Counted from the first letter of the whole stretch, positions 1 through 13,718 are shown. The stretch is DNA of 61,511 nucleotides, filler included, from Sluysia triapertura (GCA_046118255.1; 4 parts of 4 records of this genome joined end to end with filler, not necessarily neighbours in it), one strand, 5' to 3'. The notes: generated from the letters alone by a model not told the origin. A program made the numbers and translations.

Positions 1-469
1 ATTCAAACATTTAGATAAAATAAATCAATTTGGTGTTTATTTTTATATTTATTTTGTATTTAATAAGGTTGATATTAGCATAGAATATTCTGTCTAACAA
101 TTTCAAATTAAAATTTAATATAATTCGTAACAACATATTATTATTACCACACTTTAAAAGTCGTATAGTATAACCGGGCCTGCTAAAATTTATTTTGCGC
201 AGGTTAAGAGTTAAGAAAACTACAGCAATGCGAACAGTATATGACAACATTGCATTAACCATATAAATAAGTAAACCAATTTCAACAAAAGAATAAAAAT
301 ACAATAATAAGAGTTATTATTATTATAGCAATAATAATGACAATAACAATAACAATAACACTTAAAATATAAAATTGTATATCCTGAGGATTAATAAGAT
401 AAGGTGTAACAAGTATTAAATGTTTTGCAGATGAATTTAGAAAGGTGTTATAGTGGGTGCTGAATGTAA

Positions 470-1600
470 TTTGAGTTTGTTTCTAATGCACTAAGGTCAT
501 CGGCAGTGATTTGGGCCACCACAGTAAACACAAACATGCGGGTGAAATTCAATGAAATTAAAATTATTAAATTATAATTATTTAATTTTTTGCGATTTTA
601 TGGATTTCAAATAGATGTGTTTAAATTGACTAGTTTTTTTGTGGATTTATATATATAGATATAGGATTGTCGAGTTTGTGCGATATAATTTGTAGATGTT
701 TTTACGTAAGAGTCATGGTAATATAGTTTCAGAAGAAATAACAAGCTTATAGAATGCGTAGAAAGAGTCTATTTTTAATATGTTAGAGGACTTTAATATC
801 TTTGAAGTTATGTATAATGCAAGTCGTTCAAGAATGTGAAAATTTTGAGTAAAGTGATAAGTCAAAATTCTTTTTCAAATCTTTGATAGTTTGCATAGAA
901 TATATAGTAAGAGTTTGGGCTTTTTATAAAAGTTTTCTTGAAGATTATGGATCATTGTTTTACAAAATATTTATAAGCGTATTATTAATTAATTTAATTA
1001 AAATTGTTTGAAAATCATTTTCACTCATCGACTTTTCACATGATGTTTGCATATAAGCGATTCATTTTCTATTTATGCTCATTGTAAATTACCAAGACAA
1101 CTTTCGAAATAGTTATAAAGGATGACAAATTTGCCATTGTTGCTGTACTTATAAGTCTTGCTTATAATTCAAACTATATAAGTCTTGTAAAAACTCGTTT
1201 TTATACGAATGTAGTTTGAAATTAGAAGCATTTATGACTTCGTAAATGTCACGAAATTCTTACGTGAGTTTGAACATAATTTTTTAAAATCACTTTTTAC
1301 AAATAATGAATGAAATTCATATTTCTACTTTGGATATCTTGTTCTTTAATGTTTTCGGTTCTTTATTAGGTAAATTTTCGTTACAAATAAATGTTGCTAA
1401 CTGGTATGAATATTATTCAAAACTTAAAGCTATTTGGCGAATGTATGAGATACCTGCGCAGTATTTAGTAAGTTAAACTGAGTTTGTAAAATTATGATGT
1501 ACCGAATTTGGTATTTCGAAAATATGTTTGTTTTTCTCTAAGTATTTATGTAGGTAGCAAGTTCGTTGAGGTTTATTAAATCATTCATTAATTTAAATTA
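470..1600 (-). mobile_element. Probable highly decayed Penelope-like element
   Basis: Same strand skew in the opposite orientation; minus frame NYIAQTRQS (~670-695) resembles YIGQTxRS; weak RT-like YKQ...VDE upstream. Confidence 0.3.
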
Positions 1601-2053
1601 TTAAAATAACAATAAGTTTAAATTTTTTATTTATTGTTTTAATTTTAGTTACTATAATAAAATTGTAATGATGTAAAATAAATCTTTGTAATACAATCAT
1701 TTTCATAGTGGTTAATAAAATTTAAAAAATCCATTTATTTATTTATATTTATTTAATATTTAAAATATTTAAAAAATTTTGATTAATTAGCAAACTATAC
1801 TATAAAAAGAGACAAATTTAGATCAGTCATCTAATTTTTGGAATCAATCAAATTGAACATTTTTTGGTCAACACAGTTCCAGGTATTAATTGATTACATA
1901 AAGTAATAAGTTTTGATAACTTGCTTAAGGTAAATCTAAATTCTTACTTAAAAATATATTCTAAATATTTTTGTAATATTTTAAAGGTATTGATAAAATC
2001 TATAAATAATTATGTAATATTTCATTTTGTTTTTATTGTATTAAAAATATTAA

Positions 2054-2259
2054 CCCTTTGAATGCCAGGAGCGCGATCGCGCTTGTTCGTTATTTTCACT
2101 TATTATGTTGAAATTATAATATATTATTAAATTTATTTTATGATTTTGTAATACTTTTCGTAATAAAATGCTTAGAAAATTATTTTTTAATTTTAATTTT
2201 TGTGTAGCATCCTGGCACTTTTAGATAATTCTCTAAAAATCATGTTGGCACTCAAAGGG
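2054..2259. mobile_element. piggyBac-type MITE
   Basis: TTAA|CCCTTTGAATGCCA...TGGCACTCAAAGGG|TTAA (13/14 TIR match). Confidence 0.85.
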
Positions 2260-2744
2260 TTAAATTTGTTCTTTTTTAAGGAATATTATTATTATTATTA
2301 TTTAGTGGGAGACTCCTTGACCATTTTATTTCATAATATTATATTTGTTGAATGCAAACTTCAAATGCAAAATAATTCTATGTTGCAGCAAAAAATAATA
2401 AAACACTTAAAATTTCGTTTAGGGTTTGGGTTTCCATCCTTTTAATTTGTTCTAGTCGGCTTTTATCCATATAATCATCACATTCATTACAATAATAGTT
2501 TTTGTATATTTAAGTTAACACATTATGAGCGGGGCGGGTATTATTACCCGTTTTATGTACTGTCACTTAAGAATGTGTTAATCTTACTTTGCAAAATTAA
2601 TTTTTTACAATTCGGGTATTAGTTTCATATTAATTTGGTCAATTTAAAAATAAAATACAAGATATAATAAATAAAGACAATCACTAAGAAACATGTTTAT
2701 AAAACACGAAAGCACGAATAAAAATTATTTACAAAGATCTGGTA

Positions 2745-4710
2745 TTATTCATGCGTTCTAGAGTGGTGAAACTGAGATTGTTGTGACAATGTAGATGGAT
2801 TAACAATTGTTGAGCCCATTGTATTCGAACCTGGTCTAGTAAGGGATTGTGTAAAGATTGAGTTTGGTGCTACATTATTTCGATTAGGAACACCTTGTCT
2901 TGAGGTTCGTTGTTGTAACTGGTGATGGTGTGTTGAAATCGTGGTTGCATTATTTCCGGTAGATGGACTGTTATTGTGTACACTACCGTGAAGAGTAGAT
3001 TTATGTGCTATTGGTTGATTAGATGTTGATCCTATATTAGCTGCAAATGAATGACTTGTGATTATAGTAGTATCTGCCGAATTTGCACTAGATACACAAC
3101 TATTATTTGTATTTTGAAATACTGTTAGAATAGGAGTGCCACATGCATTGGAACCCGGACCATTGGAACCTACTGATGTAACAGGTTGATTTAAGGTGAT
3201 AGGACGTAATAAAGTAGCTGGAGTAGCAATTTGATTTGCTCCAATTGTATTAGCTGTAATTTGATTTGCATTTATTTGACGATGTGCATTAAGAATAGGA
3301 GTTTGACGAATCGGACAACTTGGAGGATAAATGTAACGAAAATTTATCTAAAATATTATTAAAACAGATTTTAAAACTAACTTGATTATTTCCAGATTGG
3401 CAGGCTAAAGTAGCTGAGGCACGAGTAGTACTTAATGTTTGGACACGGGGTTGATGAAATTGAAAAGGCAGAGAAGCAGTAGAGCTACGATTAGGCAGCG
3501 TTCCACTGAATGTTCCTGTTGCAAGTCCAACACTTCCTACTGTTGCTGCTGTACCTGCTCCAGTAACCCCAACTGCAGTTGGTCCAGTAATAGTCCCGGC
3601 TACTCCACTAGCACCATGAGTAGATTGAGCCATCACAATGGGACCAGCAGCCGTAGTAGCATATTGCATTGTAGATGCTTTTATGTTACTGGCTATTGAC
3701 ACTGTAGCATTAGAATGTAATACTGGTCCAGATATCTACAATCGAGCAACTTTTTAATGACATAATGTTAACCTAAGTTATAAGAATTTGTGTCAGAAGA
3801 AGGAATGTGTAGACCTCGAAAATGATTCATCATTTTTCAATAGCATAGGATATTGACTATAAATTGGAACAGTGAAATCTCAATTATTAATTTATAACTT
3901 TGACTAGTTATATATGATGTTGCGTTTGAGCATTTAACAAACGGAAAAAAAACGGAATTATGCTTTAAAAATAAGAAATTATTATTAAATGCAACAATGT
4001 GAGACTGTTGTTAGTAATAAACGAAGATCAGTCACAAATAATACAGATCATCTATCGCTGTGAAGTCCAATTACGTAACCATATCAAATAACTTAGGTCT
4101 TACAGGATTTCGTTTTCGAGGGGATTTCTATCTTCGTTGTCATTTGTTTAGCAAATTATTTTCAATTTGGCATATTTCTTTTGTAGATCCACTTGACGCT
4201 AATTTGCAATGATGTAATATGACCAAAATTTCCATATTCACGCAAACTGGATTAGTACTAAAAAATTTGTTTACGAATCAAGTGATCAATACAAATGCAA
4301 AATAATGAAAATATTACATAGTTTCTAAACTCATAAAAATTAAAAGACTTCTGGACTAAGGAAGAAGACGCTTAGATAAGTTAACTATGACTATTGGGAA
4401 TCACAATTATCAATAAATTGAAATATATTCCAAAATTTACCTGCCTACCAACTGGAAACCTTGATCGATTAGAAATCTGAGGTTGTGAGACTGCATAAAA
4501 TTGGCCAATATTAGCAGTTTGTTGACGTCGAATATGATTGGTAGGGTCCTAAAATGCAATACCGAAATGAATTAAAGTATTGAATTTTTATTTTATTTTA
4601 TTTTAGGATGAAATAAAACAATTACATAAAATATTTAGCCTTATATTATTCTACAAGTATTTACGATTAATTAATTTTATCGAATATTTTTATGCTTATT
4701 AAATTGAATT

Positions 4711-4762
<52 letters not shown>

Positions 4763-5413
4763 TAAATAAATAACTAATTTTAAACTTACAACTATATTAG
4801 GACGATAATTTGGTGCAGTTGTAATAATTTGTTGACGACTTATTGCATTTTCCATTTCTTTTTTCAGTTCTTCCCTTCTCTGAATTAACATTGCCGGTGT
4901 AAATATTTTCTCTGGATTTATATTATGTTCCTAAAATTAATAATATTAGTTAACCATAAAAAATTACAATATTTTATTATATTGATCATGTCAGAGCAAA
5001 GGTACAAAGTTTTGTAATTACATTTATCATTATGACTGTGCAAGTTTAGAAAATTCATGTGTATAATTATATCACAGATATTTAAAATAGAAAATTTATT
5101 GTAAATAAACTTGGTTTACCTCTAGCGCGTTAGTATGGGTCACATTTTTCTTGATAGTCTGGCTATGATTAGGTGATGGCTGGCGTGTACTGTTGACCAC
5201 TTCATCGACTGCATTCATAATAAACTTTGTTTTGACTTTATTTACATTTATTATGCTACTCACTATTTGAGTGGATTTCGTCAACCCAGTTTTAACATCA
5301 GTGGATAAATTATGCAACAATTTCATTTTATTCGTCAAACCGCCAGTTTGAGATTGGTTCCCAAAACTTGAACTGAATGATTTCATTTTGGCTTTCAGTT
5401 TACGACTGGAACC

Positions 5414-5456
<43 letters not shown>

Positions 5457-8400
5457 TAATAATATTTAATGGTTTAAGTACACATTGCCAATCTAACAAA
5501 TAAGTTGCTTTGATTTAAAGTACTAAAAACTGATTTACTGATTTTAATTATGGATTAACCCCTTAATGCACAATTTTTTAAAAAAAACCGACCAAAAAAA
5601 TCAATTTTTTATTTAAGAAAATACATATTTGGACCTTAATTTCAATAAATATTGAGTTATTTTTAATGCCCGGATATATTCGAATCTGAACATTTTAGCG
5701 ACATAAGTTGCGACATCGACCTTATATATACGGGTCTGCACATTTTGGCCGATTTTGCACGCCCGTGTTAATACGTTTCTGTGCGTTAAGGGGTTAAAGC
5801 GTGCTGATTGATTAGATTAGAATGACTATTAATTTGTATTTGGTGTTAATAAATTGGAGATAGATTTTTAGACGGGACGAAATCATTATATTACATATTA
5901 TTATATATTATTTATGCGCTTACAACTCTAAATAAAAACAGTGTTTATTCATGGACAGAAAAAATTTTATATTGTACACGTGTGCACATATTAATAGAAC
6001 AATAATTTAGTCAGTTCCTTGTTAATGCATGGATAGAAATAAATTGGCAAAAATAAATTATTTCGTTATATTTCTCTAACGTTTTAGATGATTTATTCAA
6101 TAAAAGCCAAAAAAAGATTATTCATTGATTATTTTCGCATATGGCAAATGAAAATTATGGGGTTTAAGAAACAACTAGTAAATATTTCAAATCCAATCAG
6201 AATCCAAATTGATTGCATACAATCACGTACAGTTACATTCAAAATGGACGAATATATTATTTTACGCAATTTACCAACTAAGTTTGATAAGTAAGTTTAA
6301 ATCTGAAATTTTTCCTGCCATACGTTATTTGATATACAATTCTTTGAATGCCTATTATGTATTTGTGGTAAAATTGGCTTCGAATTCAAAACTTTCAATT
6401 CTCTGAAATGGCAGAGATAATTAAAAATGATTTGGTGTTTCATTTATAATTGGATAATTTCAAATAAAAAATTAGAAATCATTTTATTAATTATTATGAA
6501 TCAAACGGATCTGCTGCAGGGTTAAAAGTAATACCAAAGCCGAAATACAGAAACTACAAAGAACTCCTAATTGTTGACAAATTATCGAACAATTTAGGTA
6601 GGAAAAAGAAAATGTCGACCCATTAGAAGTCATCACATTCGATAACGAATATATTCCACTCACCACGGAGTCCTAATGAATTTAAGTTTTTAATTTTAAT
6701 TTACTTTTAGATATGGAAAATATTCTTGGATGGTTTAAAATTGCTACTAAAGATCCAGAATATTATACATAATTCTTTTTATTTAATTTTGTCTTTAAAA
6801 TCATATTGCCATTCCAAATTTTTTTAATTTTCACGGATGTAGGGGGATAAAAAGTTTTTGTAGTAGCCCCATAAAAACACTTACATCATTTAAAGAGCAA
6901 AAAATTGTAATATAACTATTTTTTAGATTCTTCACTAAACTACGGATAATAGCGGTAACCACCACAATGAGGACTATTTGTGTTATCTGCATTCTCTAAT
7001 GTTAAAAGTTTCTGATGAAAATGTATTATTGAATGTATTAGTGATGTCGATTTGGAAAATGTATTAGTAATATTCAGAGATGTTTTTGATACTACCCATA
7101 CTTTAATTATTGATAAAAATGAAAATGTTAAACAATAAATAGAAACAAGAGTATCATTCTATATAAAATTGCAACTACCACCCTATCAATTACTTGAAGC
7201 CAAATTAGTATAAATAGATTTTATTAATTTTTATTTAATCATACACACTGCCCCTGAATTAATTTCATGATACAAGCATTTGGAATACATGGAAATTAAG
7301 AAGAAAGCTACCAAAGAATTACTAGAAAAAATTAAAGAAAAAAATTTAAAAATTAATATCTACATTATGTATGCGTATATTTTGATTTGTTATAAACATG
7401 TGTTATATGTTAAGTCTAAAAATGAATTTAAATAATAATGCAATGTACCACATTTAGACCCAAACGATAGTGGAAAACACATTATGAATGGTGATACTGT
7501 TAGTTTCTTTTTAAAAATCCACGGTTTATTTATATACTTTATTAAATGAAATGATTAACGATGAATTATTGGATACATCAAATCCTAATACACACCATAC
7601 AATACATAGTACTAACTTTCATGATATAATAGGTAAAATATGTTGAATGGATATTTTTGAGACCAAAGTACTATTCCTTATTATCTGAAACTACTAAATG
7701 CAGTAAGGCTAAAAGAGCCTTTCTGAAAAGCACCAATATAAGTACTCAAGAATATAAATGTTTTTAAAATTGAAAATTGGCTCCAAAACCCATCAATTAT
7801 TATATACAATCAAATCAAAGAAAAATGAAATCTCCATCAACGTTGACAAGAGGTACTGCTAGTGAAGAATTTAAGTGAAAAATAATTCTATATAATGAGA
7901 ATGACGAATTTTAACAAATGCATTTATTTGTTTTTTTCTTTCCGTTTAAATTTTTGATAGTAATATTGCATTTTTAATATTTATAATATTTCAATGTTAC
8001 TAATTTGATTACCTTTAAAATTTAATTATATATTAAAGATATGAAGGTAATTGTCTATTATTCTTAAAATGTAATCCTACTCTTAAGTACCTTGACATTG
8101 ATGATATTTTATTATTATTTAGTAATACTTAGCAACAACATCATTAAAAGATTCGATTGGTATTATTTCGGGATGAATATTTCTTCGTACGATCATAACA
8201 TTCGAATAATATCCATTTTTGTGTAATCATGATGAATGCTGTTAAAGAGATGAAGATTTCTTAAACAGTGTAATCGTCATATCTACACGTTATGGTATAT
8301 ATTAGAATATGTTAGATGTAATAAACAGAATATTCGCAGACATAATCATACTAAATATACAACAACGATATTATTATATCACATATAATATATTAATATC

Positions 8401-10265
8401 ATATCACATAATATAATATTATATCACATTCTTACATAAATTAAGTATGATTGGTTAAGTGACAGAGGATTAAAATAGATTCACTTTTTTGATTAAGTGA
8501 AATCGATTTTGACTACTTAAAATAAAACCCCTTACAAATACCCTATATTTCATAGGTGCAAATGCAATAAGCTCCCTACAAGTGTAAGTACAATAAACAT
8601 CATATAAATCAAAAACTAAAAAATGAGTAAACTACTAAACCAGTAGACCAGATGTCCCCAACCCGAGGTTGGAGCGAGGACATTTCTTTATACTCTTCAA
8701 AGAATAATATTTATCAAGGTACATAACAATCAGATGAAATCGAACATTTATGGTGATAAATACTATTTTAGATGAATTAATACGCGATATAACTTGAAAT
8801 AATTAGGTTAATCTTGGATATTTTAAATGAAAAAAATAAGATGCAATATCACTTAAATTAAACAAATGGACCAAAAGCGATAATGGTGTATTTCAATATA
8901 CATACTTTTTGTTACTGATATTTGTTTATAATTTAATAAATATAAAAAATTCTTTTAGAAAGACCAAAATCAAGTTATTTAATTTTAAAATATTAATTGG
9001 CAGTCTTCGTTAGTGATAGTAGCCACTTAAAAGACAAAAGTGACACGTAATTTTCTACCAGTAATGAATATTTCAACTTATCGGATTGCCTCTGGTTTAT
9101 GAGTTCTGAATATGAAACCATTATTTTGTAATTCAATAATTTTGTAATTCAATAGTCTTTATGAAAGTTTAAAAACTAACCTTGTCGTAATTCTGAAGCA
9201 TTCCTTGAATCTAAGTAACTCACAGATGTTGCAGCTGGAGGATTATTTTTAGTCCTAGTTATAGAGTTTTGTGTTGAATATGAATGTACGATATTCATAT
9301 ATCCATCTTGCATTCTATCAAACTCGGCATGACATGCTTCGGAGTTTCGATAAGTAATACTAGAACAAAAATTGTTCAAGTAGTATTCTGCAATTTTGAA
9401 ATTTGGCACAAAATTTGATCGATCGGCATTAGATGGTAAAGGACATTGTTGAATATGATAAATGTTCTGAATAAGTAAAATAATTTAAATAAATATAGAT
9501 GGCATAAATTAGTTCTATTTTTAAAAAAACACTAGATAAGTTTGTTATTGTGGTATATAAAATAGCGGTCAAGAAATAAGAGATGAATCATCCACAAAGG
9601 ATCAGTCTAATCAAGTTATTAAAAACATGTAATTGTTAAAACTAAGAAGAGTATTCAAGTATTCTAAACAAAATCAATAATGATTAGAAGATTTATGAGC
9701 ACAATAAAGACGCATAGTAAGAACGTGTAATAGTAACATTGAAAAAAATTATTTAAATTCGAAATTTACTGTATTATACAAACCTGGTATAAAAATGCTT
9801 CTTCATGTAGGTACCATTCGAAACCTTTCTCAGAATCACTTTCATTCATACTTTGATTATTGAAATCCGCAGATAGTGGTTTTTGCTGCAAATTAAAAAT
9901 TTAATTAACAAAAAAACCTAACTTGTAATGAAAAATGACTTCGTGCTAATAGTAATTTGTGTTGAGCAATAGTATTTGTTAAGGAACTGTTTGATCCCAA
10001 AACTGGTTTTATATTACTAGAATTAACCTGACTCATTTGTTGACGTTTATTTTTCAGTGACTTATTACTTTCAAGCAAATAGAGTGGTTTTTGAAGACTG
10101 ATTTTAGAAACACCCGAAGCATTGTTTGTAATAAGTACTGAATTTGATCGAACATTGTCGGACACAGATATACTACCACTGATGGACATTAGAGAACCAC
10201 TTTGACAGGCTTGAAGATTAGGAACTGAAACCAATGCATTATCAAATAATATACTAATATTTTTA
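2745..10265 (-). CDS. EP400: p400/Domino (EP400/Eaf1-like) chromatin regulator, 3' portion with SANT domain and low-complexity tail; 5' end not found
   Basis: Hand-spliced GT-AG exons with consistent phase: ~10265(or 10253)-9923, 9885-9784, 9466-9181, 5412-5120, 4930-4790, 4548-4441, 3735-3382, 3347-2745 (TAA). EWYLHEEAFLYQ|NIYHIQQCPLP..FVPNFKIAEYYLNNFCSSITYRNSEAC matches the p400/Domino SANT region (EWxxxEDxALLQ...PNWDLVSDVVN..IYRSxKQC). KNVTHTNALE|EHNINPEKIFTPAMLIQRREE matches the downstream KNPKHASVLAESGINYDKPLPP motif. Confidence 0.75.
5559..5793. mobile_element. piggyBac-type MITE
   Basis: TTAA|CCCCTTAATGCACA...TGTGCGTTAAGGGG|TTAA (13/14). Confidence 0.85.
7370..8520 (+). mobile_element. 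Second decayed copy of the PolB-carrying element, inside the p400 intron
   Basis: IMNGDTVSFFLK..TLLNEMINDELLDTSN..EWIFLRPKYYSLL is homologous to 27446-27941. Shared downstream blocks cataacattcgaa, atatcacattctta and aaatcga.tttgactactt occur in both copies. Confidence 0.7.
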
Positions 10266-11332
10266 CTAGAATTCGAAATACAAGGTTTCGATTTTTAACA
10301 CTTTAGAATATATTTATTTGGTTTATTGATATATTAAGATTAATCTAATGTTAATAAATTTAGGCCTCTTAAATATTATGAGTCATTTTTATTTTATATA
10401 AATTCGATTAATTGAAATAGTATCTTTGATGGTGAAGTTATTTCTGAATTCATATCTAATGATAAAGATGAAGGTTAATATCTGAGTAGTTAAATTTCAA
10501 ACTCCTATAATCTAAATAAATGAAACGCTTAAAACACTAATATATAAATATGCAAAAATTAATGTATAAATACACAATTTCATATAATTTACCTTTATTT
10601 AATTTTTCAAAAATTAGTTAATTAGTTATCAACTGTAATTTAATTATCTCCAGGAATGTCTACAATAGCTTTACAATAGTTGTATAATAGTCACAATTCC
10701 TTTTGTGTAGTATTTACGATTGATTTTACTAATTTTTTTGAATTCCATTTTTTAATAATTTTTCTGTAGATAATTTCTAATCATTTTAATATACGTATTA
10801 CTATAACATTGTTGGGTTAACGTCATTATTATTAATTTAAGTAGTTGTCTATTATATCGCTAACCTTCTTATGTCAGGAGTTCTACGTATTTGTCATGTT
10901 TTTGAATTACTAATATTTCAAATAAATGACAAACTGGTAATGTCATCAAGTTATATTTTATGTAACAATAACGTAAATGCTAACTGGCCAAATGTTTTCT
11001 AATTATTATGATGAATTCAACCCCACAACTTAACTATCATAAACAAACTTCAATTCAAGTCAAAAGTTTAGTCTTGATATTGCTGTTTATGCCCAATAAA
11101 AGGTGGTCCACTCAAAAAAGTCAAACAGTAATGGTTATAATTGATGGAAACATACTTTACTTACTCAATACATGTAATTTGATTATATTGTTCGACGACC
11201 TCATTATCCAATAGTTTACTTCAACATCTAATAAAACATTTCCATCTCTTCCTTTACCTACTAATGAATCAAACGTTTTAACTACTAGCGCATCTTTACC
11301 TATTACTACTAAAATTTTTTTTAAAAGACATT

Positions 11333-11393
<61 letters not shown>

Positions 11394-12347
11394 TATTATT
11401 ATTATCATTTTATTATTATTATTATTAGAATAATTTTATTATTCTATTGTTATTTAATATGCTGCTTAAATAAATAGAAAATCTACGCAATTTTGGAAAT
11501 GATATTATGTCAGATTTAATTAAAGAAGTAAATGGTGCATATAATGAAATCAATATTTTAGATGATCATCCTTCTATAAACATTAATTATTTAAATGTAC
11601 TTAATTCAATTTAAAATATGCCTATCAAAATGTTCTAATGTGAATCAAGTTATTTGATATTATGTCAGTTAAAAAGACCACCGTGCCATTTATACCGCAT
11701 TGGATTACATTCCTAATCTAAATCTGTATTATTAGTACCTAAAAATATCATCCCTGAATTAGCAGATGAGTAAAAATTGTAAAAATAGTATGAGTATCTA
11801 CAATGAATTCATATTCCGAGACAAAAATTGAATTGCACTTTTTTTACTTAGGCTCTATTTGGATGGGAACAACAGAAGAACCAAATAATCATTTTACTGC
11901 TTGTAAAATTAATAATGTAATAAGTATTAGAAAAATAGCTAAATATGTTAATAAAAAAGAATGAACACGGAATGAAGTATTTTAAAGTTAAGTGTTTTTA
12001 TACTATTGAAATTGATAGAACTTCAATGTAGATCAGTTATATTAAGCTTATCGCGATAAATTAAATGACAGTTGAATTAAATGAATTAAAATAATTGCAA
12101 AAAAACGTTCCAGAACATTGTTACTGTATTTTTTGTTATAAAATTGATATTAACGTTTATTGTTGTTTGTTTGTTATTAGGCCAATTAACCCACTAAACA
12201 CAGTTACTTAGTTTTAACTTTAATGTCGAAAAAAATTAACCCCTCAAAATTATAATTACTTAAACAAATTTTACAATATGACCAATTTTATTCTGAAATT
12301 TTGGTTTGGCCATAATATACTTTATTTTTTAGTGTGTATTTATTTAA

Positions 12348-12469
12348 CCCTTTCAGCCCCGGGACCACCACATGGCGTCAATGGCGATTTTATCTCTTAC
12401 ACAACTGCTAACTTTTTATAAACTTTTTCGTAACTTTTCAATAGATATTTATGTTTGAACTTTGACCTA
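12348..12469. mobile_element. piggyBac-type MITE truncated by gap
   Basis: TTAA|CCCTTTCAGCCCCGG..ATGGCGTCAATGGCGATTT..CTTACACAACTGCTA..TTTGACCTA is the reverse complement of 46760-46879. Confidence 0.8.
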
Positions 12470-12569
12470 NNNNNNNNNNNNNNNNNNNNNNNNNNNNNNN
12501 NNNNNNNNNNNNNTTAATTAATTAANNNNNNNNNNNNNNNNNNNNNNNNNNNNNNNNNNNNNNNNNNNN
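12470..12569. other. Assembly join N44-TTAATTAATTAA-N44
   Basis: Identical 100-nt construct at three places; TTAATTAATTAA has stops in all six frames. Confidence 0.95.
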
Positions 12570-12610
12570 TAAATTTTTTATAATTAAAGATTTATTTTTT
12601 GATAACATTA

Positions 12611-12790
12611 CAGGTTCTAGCACGAACCTTATTAAAATCATTTCATTAAAATCAATTGTTAAATTCTTTTTGTGAAAGGTTCGGTTTAGAACCTAATTAA
12701 AATCATTTTTGCAATTGATAAAGGTTCATTTTAGGAACCTTATTAAAATCATTAATTTAAAGGTTAAATTTAAGAACCTAATAATTATGA
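12611..12790. repeat. Four tandem hairpin units AGGTTC-N6-8-GAACCT-(T/A)ATTAAAATCA, like DNA-transposon subterminal repeats
   Basis: caggttctagcacgaacctt (12611), aaggttcggtttagaacct (~12676), aaggttcattttaggaacctt (12721), aaggttaaatttaagaacct (~12760); the first three are followed by ttaaaatca. Confidence 0.7.
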
Positions 12791-13166
12791 AATTTATTAT
12801 TATTTTATAATAGTTTTAAATTTTTATTACAAATAATCTCAATTAAACAAAATTTAATTAGACAAAAACATTTTAATTTAAATTCAACTACATATAACAA
12901 AATAAGCGTAAGACCTTTAAAAATTAAGAAAATTAACACTAAAACAAAATTTTTTTGTTATTTATAAAAATGAGAAAACAATAAAACAGGCACATAACTA
13001 TTAACAATAAAATTAAATGTTTACGTCTGCAGGCCAGAATGTTTTCCAAAATTTTCGACAATTTCAATAAACGATGATGTGATACTGTTTCACGTATAGT
13101 TGTCAATCGTACAGTAAATCTTGCAACATAACGTTGAATACTTGTTACAACTATGCACAACAAAAT

Positions 13167-13718
13167 TCATAATTCAATTTGTAGAGATTTGAAACAAGGA
13201 GTCGATTTTTTTAGTAAGATCTCAGAATAACATGTGAAATAGACATTACTATATATGCATATCAGAAACATTCCCCATTTTCTTGGTGGATAATAAATAT
13301 TTGAAATCAGTAAATCACTACAAAGTATAAATATGACAATAGTATGATTATAGAATACTGGTAAAAATAACATTAGTTTTAATTCTAAATTTGTCATTAA
13401 CAAATTTATATCAAATGTATAAATATTCCAAAACATTACTGAAACAAACATAGCCAACGGAAATGATACAGAAAATGTTAGATTAAATGAATTACTTCTC
13501 GTATATGATCTACCAATCCACACTTGACGAACAATACATGTCAAGAAACATGTTTGTAAAATAAGATTTTGGAAAGTTAAATGTCTAAAGTGATGCATAA
13601 AAGAATTATTAGCATCGTTTCGCGTCCAAAAACTGTATAATGCTGCTGAACATGATATGAGGAACAAAATTAAACAAGTAATACGATAAACCAAAATGCT
13701 CATATTATTTTGCATCAT
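13167..13718 (-). pseudogene. AIG1/ADTRP (FAR-17a) family membrane hydrolase fragment, intronless, C-terminally truncated
   Basis: FRHLTFQNLILQ, SFPLAMFVSVMFWNIYTFD, PVFYNHT and YYPPRKWG align with AIG1/ADTRP motifs (KFLT, AFPVGVFVVxxFWxIYxYD, WLNHGMHT, YPSRxxG). The NHxxH motif is shortened and the final WxYP/TM segment is replaced by unrelated sequence. Confidence 0.75.

Noticed and set aside
3439-3699. Cys/Ser-rich plus-strand ORF
   Set aside because: Antisense shadow of a p400 exon.
4667-4789. Poly-Leu transmembrane tail (also the poly-Ile ORF at 22923-23105)
   Set aside because: Translation of (TTA)/(ATA) microsatellites; the exon ends at the GTAAGT donor at 4789.
12514-12525. TTAATTAATTAA repeated at three gaps as a biological motif
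   Set aside because: It is always centred in 44+44 N's; this is an artificial six-frame-stop spacer.
12611-12790. CRISPR-like array
   Set aside because: Eukaryotic context, degenerate units, similar rather than unique spacers, and no cas genes.
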